Source of the DNA: a virus
Virus record (IMG/VR): IMGVR_UViG_3300045988_139374
Span: 32,001-96,000 of that record
Length of the DNA: 64,000 bases
Direction: 5' to 3' (one strand)
Each line of letters opens with the position of its first letter. Position 1 is the first letter of the stretch. The notes below the pieces were generated by a model that saw nothing but the letters and a program-made list of their open reading frames with translations, did no database searches and had not been told where the DNA came from. Shown one piece after another: positions 45,421 through 55,007 of this stretch. The position numbers and the translations under genes were made by a program.

Positions 45421-46803
45421 TTACTTGACAGTAACAGTAGAGGTCTTCTTGGTGACAACGGGAGTGATGGTCTCCGTAGCAACAGTAATAGTACCATTGG
45501 GAGCCTGTGCATCCTCGGTAGTAGCAACAGTAGGAGTGACAGACTTCTTGGTGCCAGTAAAGGCAGCAGTGAAGGTAGGCTGAGTAACAATAGCTGCAGT
45601 AGTCTCGGTAGCAATAGTAGTACCCAGAACAGCACCAGTACCAGTGAAGGTAGCCTCACCATTGTACTCTGCCTTAGCAGTAGCACCAGTTGCAACTGCA
45701 ACAGTAGAGGTACCAAAGGTGGGCAGTGCACCAGACAGCTTCGGAGCAGTGTAGGTAACTGCACCAGCAGCGGTGACAGCAGCAGCATAGAATGCAGCAT
45801 CATCAGTAGCAGTGGTATAGCTCAGACTCAGAGACTCCTCAGTCTTATCAACACTGAACTTAACACCCTTCTGAACGAAAGATGCAGTAGCATCAGCAGC
45901 CTTCTCAACCTTGCCATCAGTCATAGTATAACCAGTACCAGCATCGGTAACAGTTGCAACATCAGCAGTGTTCAGGGTAACAGATGCATTCAGAGCAGGC
46001 AGAGCAACCTTACCAGCAGGTGTATAGTTTGCAGTGTGAGTCTCATCAGCAGCAGTAGCAGCGATAGTAACACTAGCAGTCTTTTCGTAAGTTGCAGCTG
46101 CATTTGTGTCCTGAGTCACAGTAACAGCGCCAGCAGGAGTAACATCCAGAGCAGAGTAAGTCTTAGGAACTGCAACAGTAGTACCATCCAGAGTATACTC
46201 GCCAGGCTTAGCAGTGGTCAGATCAGCGATCTTGTCGAAGACCTCAACAGTGCCAGCTGCAGTATCCTTATGAGACAGAGCCTTCAGGTTCAGAGCCGTG
46301 GGGCCTTCCAGCTCCTCAGCAGTGATATTATCCTGCAGATCAATACCAGCAATGGTAGTGGTCTTTGCAACATAAGTCTTAGCAGCAGTAGCAACAGTCA
46401 GGTGAGTAGACTGGTCACCCAGCTCTTCCCAAGCAGTGCCATTGTAAATATACTCCTTAGAGTTATCCTTCATGACAACAACGTCACCGGAAACAGGCTC
46501 AGCAACAGCAGCAGCAATTGCCTCCAGATCAGTCTGGCCCTCAGTACGATTAATAACGCCACGGAAGTGCATTGCACCTTCCAGAGATGCAACCTTCTTC
46601 TTAACGTATGCTGCAACTGCACCTTCAGTAGGCAGGTTAACGCCTTCCTCGGTCAGCTCAACAGACACGTCCTTATAAACGGCGTCATGGAAACCTTCAA
46701 CAACCTTACGAAGGTCGGCATCCTTAACGAAATAGACTTCAGAACCGACTGTAATCTTCTTAAGGGTATTGGCATTATCATAAGTAGGATTAATAGCAGC
46801 CAT
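45421..46803 (-). CDS. Ala/Thr-rich fibre or decoration protein
   Basis: High-expression codon usage. N-terminal domain ends ...EYIYNGTAWEELG, which parallels ...YVWEKIG in the 43870 product. Confidence 0.5.
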   Translation of the reverse strand: MAAINPTYDNANTLKKITVGSEVYFVKDADLRKVVEGFHDAVYKDVSVELTEEGVNLPTEGAVAAYVKKKVASLEGAMHFRGVINRTEGQTDLEAIAAAVAEPVSGDVVVMKDNSKEYIYNGTAWEELGDQSTHLTVATAAKTYVAKTTTIAGIDLQDNITAEELEGPTALNLKALSHKDTAAGTVEVFDKIADLTTAKPGEYTLDGTTVAVPKTYSALDVTPAGAVTVTQDTNAAATYEKTASVTIAATAADETHTANYTPAGKVALPALNASVTLNTADVATVTDAGTGYTMTDGKVEKAADATASFVQKGVKFSVDKTEESLSLSYTTATDDAAFYAAAVTAAGAVTYTAPKLSGALPTFGTSTVAVATGATAKAEYNGEATFTGTGAVLGTTIATETTAAIVTQPTFTAAFTGTKKSVTPTVATTEDAQAPNGTITVATETITPVVTKKTSTVTVK

Positions 46804-46877
46804 TGAAATTATTCTCCTTTAATTAATATTTTTGTGATAAATAATTTAAACGAGATATCAAAAAAAAATACTATTAC

Positions 46878-47645
46878 TTATCCGACAGAGAATCCATCTT
46901 TGAAAATCAAAGATTCATCAGGACCTTTAGTAACAGTAAATTTTTTATTAATTTCATCAGTGATAGACTTTTGATTCATTGTACCATCAGTCTGATCACC
47001 GAGAGCACCATATAGTTTCATTACGCCAGGTACAATAGAAGTTGCTAGAGGCGCTTTATTAATTTGTTCGAATTTCTTCGTATCAGGTTTATATTCGTAT
47101 ACAAATGTACTAGGAATATCAATGTATAGTTTATAGTCATAACCAACAAGAGATTCCTTATAAGTATTATCTGTATAGAATTTACCCTCATGAAGATATC
47201 CATGACAAATTAATCCACCATTAGAGAATTTTACTTTACTCAGAGGAATAGATTCGTCAGCAAAAGATTCAAAGTTAATAGTTACAGTTCCATCTTCCTG
47301 AGTTTCCATTCCAGTACCGAGCTTAATAGCTCCGTACTTATCAGCAGCAGCTGCAGGAATATCAACGATTGCATCATTGATAGGAAGCATTTCACCATTA
47401 ATAGTGATAGCATCAATCTTAGCAGAATTGACTATAGTAAATTTACCTGTATCTGTAGCTCCAATTTGTTCTTGAGTTCTAGACTTATCATAAATATACA
47501 AAAGTCCATTCTCTTTACAAATTGTAAAATACTTCTCAGGCATTAGATTATCATTTACAGATCTCATTTCTTGCTTCGTCATTAATAGACGAGCATCAAC
47601 AGGATCACGTGTAGATAGTCTAAATCCTTGGATGACATCAATCAT
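46878..47645 (-). CDS. Tail-fibre-associated protein
   Basis: GAIKLGTG and ATSIVPGVMKL motifs typical of fibre shaft repeats. Confidence 0.45.
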   Translation of the reverse strand: MIDVIQGFRLSTRDPVDARLLMTKQEMRSVNDNLMPEKYFTICKENGLLYIYDKSRTQEQIGATDTGKFTIVNSAKIDAITINGEMLPINDAIVDIPAAAADKYGAIKLGTGMETQEDGTVTINFESFADESIPLSKVKFSNGGLICHGYLHEGKFYTDNTYKESLVGYDYKLYIDIPSTFVYEYKPDTKKFEQINKAPLATSIVPGVMKLYGALGDQTDGTMNQKSITDEINKKFTVTKGPDESLIFKDGFSVG

Positions 47646-47668
47646 CCTATCTCCTCCTTTCTACTAAA

Positions 47669-49747
47669 TTAATCAGTAAAAGCAAAAGAAAGTTTAAATT
47701 TATTGATAGTAAGAGATTCACTAGTATACCAGACATTGAAATCAGTTTCAGTACCCGGATCCCAATAAACCTTCTTCTCCCAACCATTGATTTGTTCAAA
47801 TCCATTCGGATCTTTGATAGATTGAATATCTCCTAGATCTTTTCTATAAGCAAATACCAGATGCTGATCATTTGCGGTATATTTATGAGAAGTACCTTCA
47901 GTGATCAGAGTCTTATCTTCAATTTCTTCCTTCTCCAAGTTATCGATATTGGTAGGAATAGAATCAGAGACACCGAAATAAACGCACTTAACAGGATCCG
48001 GAGTATCAGGAGCAATGATCATGTTCATAAACTCATCAAATGTAGTTCCCTTAGGAATTACTTGACCTTGCTTCAAAGCACCAATAGGAACGATAACAGT
48101 AATATCTTCATTGATAGATGCTTCAGCAATAGAGCTAATGACATTATTCTCATCAATAGTAATATTCTTACCAGGAGTCAGCTTATCTTGCTTAGTCTTC
48201 AGCTGATCATTTAGATACTTATTAACCAGCGGAGAAACAACATCTTCCAGATGTTCATTCAAGTAATCAGTAACCTGATCTCCAGCCATGATATTAATGT
48301 AAGTAGCTAGATCAATAGGATAACTTACAGACAACCAAGCATACTTATCATCTAGAGTAATATCAGTTTCTCTATCATAAGCATGAAGTTTCTTATACTG
48401 ACTCTGAACTTTAGAATCAAAAGGTTCAAACTTACCTAGAGTGGTAAATTGAACTTTAGCGCCCATGTCAAGTTCACCAGTAGAAGAAATCCAGTCGCCC
48501 AGAATAGTTTCTCCATCATAAGAGTCAATATATTCAACTCTACGGAAAACACCAACTTCTCCATCCTTGACCATAATACAGTCAGCAACTAGCTTATCTC
48601 CCTTAACAGTGAGATTAGGCTTAGCAGCTTCAGTCTTAGTAGGAACAGCTCTCAAAACAACTGGTTCTTTAAAGATCAGAGTCTGATCTTCAGGTTCAGA
48701 AGGAGAAGTAATATCAATCCTCTTTAGATTAACACTCTTAAATCTCTTAATATCGGTATATCCAAAAATACGAAGGTCAATAGGGCCGATGACAGTATTC
48801 AGCAGTTCAGGATTCTGACCCATAAAGAAATTGGTAACCGCTACAGAGTTACCTCTTGCAAGCATTGCACCAAACTCTTCTTCATCACCAGTAAATCCAT
48901 TTTCTACTGCATATTCATAAGCAGACTTACCATCGTCACCAGGATTACCCTGCTTTCCAGGATCGCCCTTGTCTCCCTTAGTGCCAGCAGCAATTTTTCC
49001 TAGATACTGATAACCAGTAATGGTCTCCTCAATATTAGAATTATTCTGGCAGCACTTGCAAGTACACTTACTTACAGTAGAATCGCCAGTTCTAATATAT
49101 AGATCAGAAACAGGATCATTCAAAACAGCCACAAACTTGCCACGAGGAATAGTATTCTTCTTAGCTTCTGCTTCTTCAATAGATTCAAAGACGCAATAGA
49201 CTTCGAAATTAGCAGCTTCTCCCTTTTCGCCCTTAAGAGATGCTAGCCATTCATCTTCTGTTCCTTCATATCCCATAGCTACTGCACATTCATATGCAGA
49301 AGGACCTTGGGATCCAGTAGCAGCTTTCCAAGTAATACCATCAAGGCTATACTGAAATACACCAGCTTCATTTTCTCTAACAAGAGTAATCTTCTGACCA
49401 TCGTTTTCAACACTACATACAGGATTACTAATAGTGTCAGATGTAGCAAGAATAGTGATATCCAGAACATCACTGGGTTGAACATAGATAACCTTACCAG
49501 AATATTCCTCAGATCCGTCAATCTGAAGATAGGCACTAGTTCCCATTGCTCCAAGAGAGGAATTATAATTAACACCAATCTTAGATACAATGCCAGTAAT
49601 GACATTCTTTTCACCATTTAGCTTATAGAAACATTCAACTTTGTCACCAGTTTTTACAGTGACAATTTTAGAAACTCCACTATCAAAGGTTAGTGAAAAC
49701 CTCAGATTAGGGAGAATGGTATATTTATTGTCAAGCAACATGGCCAT
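47669..49747 (-). CDS. Tail fibre protein with short collagen-like tract
   Basis: GDKGDPGKQGNPGDDGKSAYEYAVENGFTGDEEEF and GSQGPSAYECAVAMGYEGTEDEWLASLKGEKGE. Start taken at ATG 49747; a TTG at 49750 is also possible. Confidence 0.6.
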   Translation of the reverse strand: MAMLLDNKYTILPNLRFSLTFDSGVSKIVTVKTGDKVECFYKLNGEKNVITGIVSKIGVNYNSSLGAMGTSAYLQIDGSEEYSGKVIYVQPSDVLDITILATSDTISNPVCSVENDGQKITLVRENEAGVFQYSLDGITWKAATGSQGPSAYECAVAMGYEGTEDEWLASLKGEKGEAANFEVYCVFESIEEAEAKKNTIPRGKFVAVLNDPVSDLYIRTGDSTVSKCTCKCCQNNSNIEETITGYQYLGKIAAGTKGDKGDPGKQGNPGDDGKSAYEYAVENGFTGDEEEFGAMLARGNSVAVTNFFMGQNPELLNTVIGPIDLRIFGYTDIKRFKSVNLKRIDITSPSEPEDQTLIFKEPVVLRAVPTKTEAAKPNLTVKGDKLVADCIMVKDGEVGVFRRVEYIDSYDGETILGDWISSTGELDMGAKVQFTTLGKFEPFDSKVQSQYKKLHAYDRETDITLDDKYAWLSVSYPIDLATYINIMAGDQVTDYLNEHLEDVVSPLVNKYLNDQLKTKQDKLTPGKNITIDENNVISSIAEASINEDITVIVPIGALKQGQVIPKGTTFDEFMNMIIAPDTPDPVKCVYFGVSDSIPTNIDNLEKEEIEDKTLITEGTSHKYTANDQHLVFAYRKDLGDIQSIKDPNGFEQINGWEKKVYWDPGTETDFNVWYTSESLTINKFKLSFAFTD

Positions 49748-49769
49748 CAACCAATCCTTTCTTTATGAT

Positions 49770-49783
49770 AATTATTATAAAGT
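49770..49783 (-). promoter_or_regulatory. Weaker late-type motif (AACT-N6-TAAT)
   Basis: Minus strand reads AACTTTATAATAAT, 23 nt upstream of the fibre gene ATG. Confidence 0.35.
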
Positions 49784-49794
49784 TTACGAGCAAA

Positions 49795-49822
49795 TGCCGG
49801 TAGGATCTACTCATCCTACCGG
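49795..49822. terminator. Strong hairpin in the 230-nt intergenic region
   Basis: 11-bp stem gccggtaggat/atcctaccggc. The flanking T-runs are weak on both strands. Confidence 0.4.
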
Positions 49823-49981
49823 CAATGCATAAAGTTTTTGAAAGGAGTAAACAAACGAAGGAAAACAAAAATCAACGCAATCGAAAACCACCGTGACCAG
49901 CACATTAACAGCTAGGGAAAACAATAATTTGGAGGCACAAATCTCATGGCAGAAGAAATTTGCTTTATTTTCGTCCAGCTA

Positions 49982-51181
49982 TTACTTAAATGTTACATTT
50001 CTTTCTAGCAGATTGTTCATACATTCACGAAGATTTGCAACAAAAGTATCATAGAAAATCTTATCCTTAGCATTGATAGAATGATAAGCTCTACCTCTAG
50101 GATTAATACGATCAATTGCAATAATATTACGAATAAAATAATACATAAAAGTATGTTCTGCCATATTATCAGGATTCATATTGCAACAATACTTACAATA
50201 TGCAAGGCAAATCATCATAGCCTGATCTTTAGTAAACTCAGTTAGATGGCGAATAATGACATCGGGGCAAGTACGAATATCATTAATGATAGCATCATTA
50301 GTTTCATACTTATGGATGAAAGAATCATAAACTCTATTAGGCTTCTTCATCTCAATGGACTTAATCTTGCAATGCTTGCAGAATTCTTTAAATTCATCAA
50401 GATTAAAAGCTTTATCGATATTATCTCTAATAGCTTCTAGATTCTTTACCATTACATCATTGCCATTATTCTTAGCAACTACGATAGCATTGTTAATCTG
50501 ATCCTTACGTTCGTCATCAAAGCTAAGCATCAAATCACCAATCTGAGTTGCCATATCATCTGCAATATTAGCAGTATCTTTAGTAAATCCAGAAAATAGA
50601 GTATCAAGATCAACAGTCTTCTGAGAAGACTTTTTATATTCTTCTACATATTCATCAATTAGCATCTTAGCAACTTGATTCTTATGGAGAATTCTATTGC
50701 TAGGAACACCAACAGTATTTGCATTAGCCATAATCTGGCTTACAGTGTTCTGCATAAACTTAGGCATGTTGGAATAATAGTCAATATTATTACCAGCAAT
50801 TCTATTAGCCATTAGATATGCAATCTTAGAAACTGCATCTGCTTCAGGAATTTTATCTTTACAAGAATCAAGGAAATTATTCAAATCAGCATTTAGATCA
50901 GGAGTTTCATCATTGATCATAGCATCAAAATTTTCAAGATTCTTCTGCTGAATTTCTTCAATAGAAGTTTCAGTATCAATTACATTATAACTTCCAGTAG
51001 CAGGGTTATAAGAACCAAGAACCTTTTGAGGTTTAGATTCTTCTTTCTTTTCATCTTCAGAAATAGTATTCATTGCATTTACTGATTCTTCGATATTATT
51101 TACATTCTCAAGAATCTTAGGTGCAGATTCAGGTGTAGCATTTAGAAGATTTTCATATTCCTTATCAATATTAGTAGACAT
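49982..51181 (-). CDS. Hypothetical late protein
   Basis: ATG at 51181 follows aaaaggag. The longer ORF-track start at 51247 overlaps the upstream gene. Confidence 0.55.
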   Translation of the reverse strand: MSTNIDKEYENLLNATPESAPKILENVNNIEESVNAMNTISEDEKKEESKPQKVLGSYNPATGSYNVIDTETSIEEIQQKNLENFDAMINDETPDLNADLNNFLDSCKDKIPEADAVSKIAYLMANRIAGNNIDYYSNMPKFMQNTVSQIMANANTVGVPSNRILHKNQVAKMLIDEYVEEYKKSSQKTVDLDTLFSGFTKDTANIADDMATQIGDLMLSFDDERKDQINNAIVVAKNNGNDVMVKNLEAIRDNIDKAFNLDEFKEFCKHCKIKSIEMKKPNRVYDSFIHKYETNDAIINDIRTCPDVIIRHLTEFTKDQAMMICLAYCKYCCNMNPDNMAEHTFMYYFIRNIIAIDRINPRGRAYHSINAKDKIFYDTFVANLRECMNNLLERNVTFK

Positions 51182-51203
51182 TAATATTCTCCTTTTATAT
51201 AAA

Positions 51204-51995
51204 TTACTTAATAGGCTCAATATCTCCACCAATCTGCTGAAGTGCAAGCTTAATATAAGTCATAATATCAGCAGAATCAGGAGAATTCAATACAAAAGTC
51301 TGATAGAAATTTCTGAAAAATCCACCAGTAGGATCAGAAACAATACTAGCAATATATGGTGCTAGTGTAGGTGCTTGATTACTATAAACAATGCTTAGAA
51401 TATTATCTAGAGAAATATTAAAAGAATCAATCTGATTAATTACATAATCGATATTACAGTGAATAGCTGCAAGTACAGGATCTTTAAATAGCTTCTTAGA
51501 ATAGCTATAGGTAGCATCGTTCTCTTTTCTAAGTTGAGAGAAATTAAATGCTGAATTAAGAGCATCTTTCTCTTGAATTAGATACATAGCATAAAACATT
51601 TTTAGATGCTCAGAAAAAGAAGATACAAAGAAATCATATAGCCAAAATGCCGCAGAATACAATTCAGTATCTTCATGAGGATTAAAACTCAATCCATAGA
51701 AATTACAGATCTTATTGATGATATTCAGATAAGTCTTATTTCTAGTATTGATAATATCAGGATTATTTGCACCAAATCCATCAGACAGATTTTTAAACGT
51801 CAATTCATAAGCATATACTAGATTAGGATTAGAAGCTTGATATGGATTAAATCTATTATTCAATGCATTATCAAGAGCATCGAGAATATAATCGTCTCCA
51901 AATTGACCAAGAATACCTGCTAGTTGATTATCAATATTGACATTTGTTACTGCAGGATTATACTGGAAAGGTGTACCATTAAATTCAACGGCCAT
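51204..51995 (-). CDS. Hypothetical late protein
   Basis: ORF with RBS ggaggag. Confidence 0.55.
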   Translation of the reverse strand: MAVEFNGTPFQYNPAVTNVNIDNQLAGILGQFGDDYILDALDNALNNRFNPYQASNPNLVYAYELTFKNLSDGFGANNPDIINTRNKTYLNIINKICNFYGLSFNPHEDTELYSAAFWLYDFFVSSFSEHLKMFYAMYLIQEKDALNSAFNFSQLRKENDATYSYSKKLFKDPVLAAIHCNIDYVINQIDSFNISLDNILSIVYSNQAPTLAPYIASIVSDPTGGFFRNFYQTFVLNSPDSADIMTYIKLALQQIGGDIEPIK

Positions 51996-52043
51996 ATACT
52001 TTACTCCTCCATTTTAAAATAATAAAGCACGTAGAGCGATTTT

Positions 52044-52057
52044 GATTACTATCTGGT
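52044..52057 (-). promoter_or_regulatory. Weaker late-type motif (AACC-N6-TAAT)
   Basis: Minus strand reads AACCAGATAGTAAT. Confidence 0.25.
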
Positions 52058-52102
52058 TAATAAATTATTTATATTTTAATTTAAATAAATCAAAAATTAA
52101 AA

Positions 52103-52114
52103 AGATAATATAAA
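52103..52114 (+). promoter_or_regulatory. Degenerate early-type motif
   Basis: agataatataaa, 67 nt upstream of the ATG at 52181. Confidence 0.25.
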
Positions 52115-52180
52115 TATGACATTAGAATATGAATTCTTTTGCCAAAGATATATCTAAAAAAAGAGAAAGGATTGATAATA

Positions 52181-52522
52181 ATGAAAAAGAAGACTGCTAA
52201 AAAGCATTACTCACAACTGTATAAGGCTTCTACAATTCAGCAAACAATCTATGATGATGATGCAGATTGGAATAGTCTTACATACTTTTATAGTGGTCAT
52301 ATTATCACTGTCAAGAAATGTAAGAAGTATTTTTCAAAGAAACAATTGTCTAGATTGCTATCTGATAGAAAGACCATTTATAAATTCTGCGATGATATGA
52401 ATGTCAGTTATCCTGATATCAATACCATTATCAGTTGTCTTAAATGGGACACATATAAAGATGCCAAGAGATTCAGCATTGTTTTATTGAATGATATATT
52501 TGCTATTAATCATGAAGGTTAA
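52181..52522 (+). CDS. Hypothetical basic protein
   Basis: ATG at 52181 preceded by agagaaagg. Confidence 0.5.
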   Translation: MKKKTAKKHYSQLYKASTIQQTIYDDDADWNSLTYFYSGHIITVKKCKKYFSKKQLSRLLSDRKTIYKFCDDMNVSYPDINTIISCLKWDTYKDAKRFSIVLLNDIFAINHEG

Positions 52523-52576
52523 AGCATTTATATATTTTTGAGTAATAAGAGAAAGAAGGAATGCGTATAAGACAAC

Positions 52577-53482
52577 GTGTCCGCAGTAGGAAACTCGTTG
52601 AAAGAAATGGAGATTAATATGTACTATTATAAAGACCGTCACAGTAAGCAATCTAAGTATACCACTAAAAGAAGAAAGAAAGTCAATTCCATTGCTATTA
52701 CTATTAGCAATTTCAGTGTTACAGTAATGGCAATCTGGCTTATGATGGTTGCTTCTATCATTGGGCTTACGAATACCACATTAGTCCCTAACTATAATGA
52801 AGATATTATCGATCCTTTAAAGATCGGCTCTAAATATCGTCATACAGCTGTAGTTGCCACTCATATTGCAACTACTTCTTTTATAGCAACTCCAATTAAT
52901 GCTATTACAACTACTAATCCTATTGAAGAGGAAAAAATGATTCTGCCAATGTCTGAAGAAGCAGAATTAGAATATGAAGCAGAACTTGCAGCGGAATTGA
53001 TTGCTAGTTCTGAAGAAGCTCAGCAGATTGAGGAAGTTCAACGGCAACCAGTTGTTGAAGAAATTACTACTCAGCCTATTAAAGAGGCAACTCCTGTTAC
53101 TGAAAATATCGAAGAAGAAAACCATACACAATGGTGGACTGAAGAAGATTATCAGTATCTGTTGATGATTATTGTTGGAGAAGCTCAAAACTGTTCTCGA
53201 CAGGAGCAAATGTATGTTGGTTCTGTCGTTCTAAATAGATTACATTCTTCTTGGTTCCCCAAGCAGAATACTATTAAGCAGGTAGCTACTGCTAAAGGTC
53301 AATATGCATGCATGTGGGATGGCAATGCATATAAGACTCCTACTGAAACTAATAAAGAAGTAGCTCTTGAATTACTTAAAAATGGTAGTGTATTACCTGG
53401 AAATGTTGTGTTCCAGGCATTGTTTAAGCAAGGCAATGGTGTTTATTGTAAGATCAATAAAACATATTTCTGCTATAAATAA
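52577..53482 (+). CDS. SleB/CwlJ-type cell-wall hydrolase with N-terminal membrane anchor
   Basis: C-terminal IVGEAQN..EQMYVGSVVLNRL...FP..NTIKQV...GQY pattern of the SleB family. One TM helix near the N-terminus and an E-rich linker. Start ambiguous: GTG 52577, ATG 52607 or ATG 52619. Confidence 0.65.
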   Translation: MSAVGNSLKEMEINMYYYKDRHSKQSKYTTKRRKKVNSIAITISNFSVTVMAIWLMMVASIIGLTNTTLVPNYNEDIIDPLKIGSKYRHTAVVATHIATTSFIATPINAITTTNPIEEEKMILPMSEEAELEYEAELAAELIASSEEAQQIEEVQRQPVVEEITTQPIKEATPVTENIEEENHTQWWTEEDYQYLLMIIVGEAQNCSRQEQMYVGSVVLNRLHSSWFPKQNTIKQVATAKGQYACMWDGNAYKTPTETNKEVALELLKNGSVLPGNVVFQALFKQGNGVYCKINKTYFCYK

Positions 53483-53505
53483 TACATTGCTTTTGATATA
53501 AAGAG

Positions 53506-53531
53506 GTCGGTAGGGAGAAATCTCTACCGAC
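53506..53531 (+). terminator. Rho-independent terminator
   Basis: gtcggtag/ctaccgac stem followed by tttatttttt. Confidence 0.65.
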
Positions 53532-53561
53532 TTTATTTTTTATTTTTAATAGTAAATACTT

Positions 53562-53573
53562 AGATATTATAAT
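53562..53573 (+). promoter_or_regulatory. Early promoter-like motif AGATATTATAAT
   Basis: Exact 12-mer. Followed by the hairpin gaaatagag/ctctatttc at 53577-53605. Confidence 0.55.
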
Positions 53574-53652
53574 AATGAAATAGAGATACGAAGATACTCT
53601 ATTTCAGTCGTCTAATTCACCATAATGCAAAATGTACTGGAGGTACAAAATC

Positions 53653-54039
53653 ATGGCTAATTACAATGTTGGTATTAACCCGTTCATCAATGACAATACC
53701 GGTCATACATCAGTTTCCGCTGGTGTTGATCTGAGTCATCAGATGCCGAATCCGCAGAACAAAGCTTGCTTCAAGCTGATCAAAAAGATGAAGGGCTCAC
53801 AGCAGGTTGATGTGATCTGCAAAAGCTTTGCAGAAATGCCTCCGAAGCTTGAGCTTCTTCAGCTCAAGCAGGAGCTCATCAACCTTGGTGAGCTGGGTGC
53901 ATTGAATGCATCCATCGAGGACCTTTCTGAGTCCGACTTCAAGGTGAGTTTTGTCCACAATGGATCTCTGGTTGAGATCTGTTATGGGCTGATCATGGAA
54001 ACTGAACATAATACGGTTCAGTACGATCCTATGATCTAA
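53653..54039 (+). CDS. Hypothetical protein with high-expression codon usage
   Basis: ATG at 53653 follows ctggagg. GC3-rich codons. Confidence 0.6.
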   Translation: MANYNVGINPFINDNTGHTSVSAGVDLSHQMPNPQNKACFKLIKKMKGSQQVDVICKSFAEMPPKLELLQLKQELINLGELGALNASIEDLSESDFKVSFVHNGSLVEICYGLIMETEHNTVQYDPMI

Positions 54040-54046
54040 ACAAAAG

Positions 54047-54073
54047 ACCGAGTGGACTAAACATCCACTCGGT
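54047..54073. terminator. Bidirectional terminator between convergent genes
   Basis: accgagtgga/tccactcggt stem, with T-runs on both strands. Confidence 0.65.
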
Positions 54074-54086
54074 TTTATTTTTTTAT

Positions 54087-54680
54087 TTATTCATCTTCCA
54101 TTACAATATTATCGTAGTTTTCTTCATCATCATAAGATTCCTCTTTTTTAATCTCTGCAGGATGAAGATCGTCTCCTTCCGCATCTGCTCCATGCTTCTT
54201 ATAATATTCAATAGCTTCTTGCTCTGCTTGTATTCCATAATGAAATCCATCATAAATGATAGTAATGTATTTATTATATAGCAAATCAAAGATTTCATCT
54301 GAATTAAAAGCTGTCATAATAGCAATGTCAATAGGACAAGAAGAATCATAAATGCCACTATGATTAGAATTTAGATTAAGCCATCCATACCCATCTTTTT
54401 CAATCTTAGATTTTACTTCTTTTATAATATATTCTTCTACATTGTCTTTAAATACTTGAAAATCAGACATAGATATTAGAATGCAATTTCTAATAGTTTC
54501 GTCATTATTACATTCACTTAGAATAAATTTATATAGCTCACCATTTTTATCAAATACTATTTTCTTATAATTATTACTAATCTTCTTTCTATATTTATAT
54601 ACAATAAAAGCTATAATCAATATAATTGATATAATAATTAATAATACAATCTTACCTTGTTTATTCGGGCTAATAAGCAT
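54087..54680 (-). CDS. Membrane-anchored protein with acidic C-terminus
   Basis: N-terminal TM helix (IVLLIIISIILIIAFIV). RBS aaaaggag. Confidence 0.55.
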   Translation of the reverse strand: MLISPNKQGKIVLLIIISIILIIAFIVYKYRKKISNNYKKIVFDKNGELYKFILSECNNDETIRNCILISMSDFQVFKDNVEEYIIKEVKSKIEKDGYGWLNLNSNHSGIYDSSCPIDIAIMTAFNSDEIFDLLYNKYITIIYDGFHYGIQAEQEAIEYYKKHGADAEGDDLHPAEIKKEESYDDEENYDNIVMEDE

Positions 54681-54715
54681 AATTAACGACTCTCCTTTTC
54701 TTTTTTATTATAAAA

Positions 54716-54729
54716 ATTAAATAAATGTT
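54716..54729 (-). promoter_or_regulatory. Late promoter-like motif AACA-N6-TAAT
   Basis: Minus strand reads AACATTTATTTAAT, 36 nt upstream of the ATG at 54680. Confidence 0.5.
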
Positions 54730-54782
54730 TTTGTATTTTTGAAACCTTAATATTAATAACTAAAGAAAGGAGAAAGATATAA

Positions 54783-55007
54783 ATGGTTATTCAAAATCCA
54801 TCAACTCCAATTACTGTTTATTATCAAGATAGTACCACTAATCAGAGTTTTATGAATATGTATTATTTTCTTAAAGCTCGTGGTATTAAGAATAATAAAT
54901 TCTTTTTGTTGTTGTATGATGGTGGATTAATGGGCGTAGACCCAAGGGACCCAAATCTACCTAAACCAATGAAGATGCGCGTTCTTCGAGAATGCATGGT
55001 TAACTAT
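54783..55007 (+). CDS. terL: Terminase large subunit, exon 1 (3' boundary uncertain by a few nt)
   Basis: A 75-76 codon ORF ending ...RECMVNY(W), followed by intron-like sequence. Continues logically into ...FIRELCRIP (compare T4 gp17 VYFAETYCAI). Confidence 0.7.
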
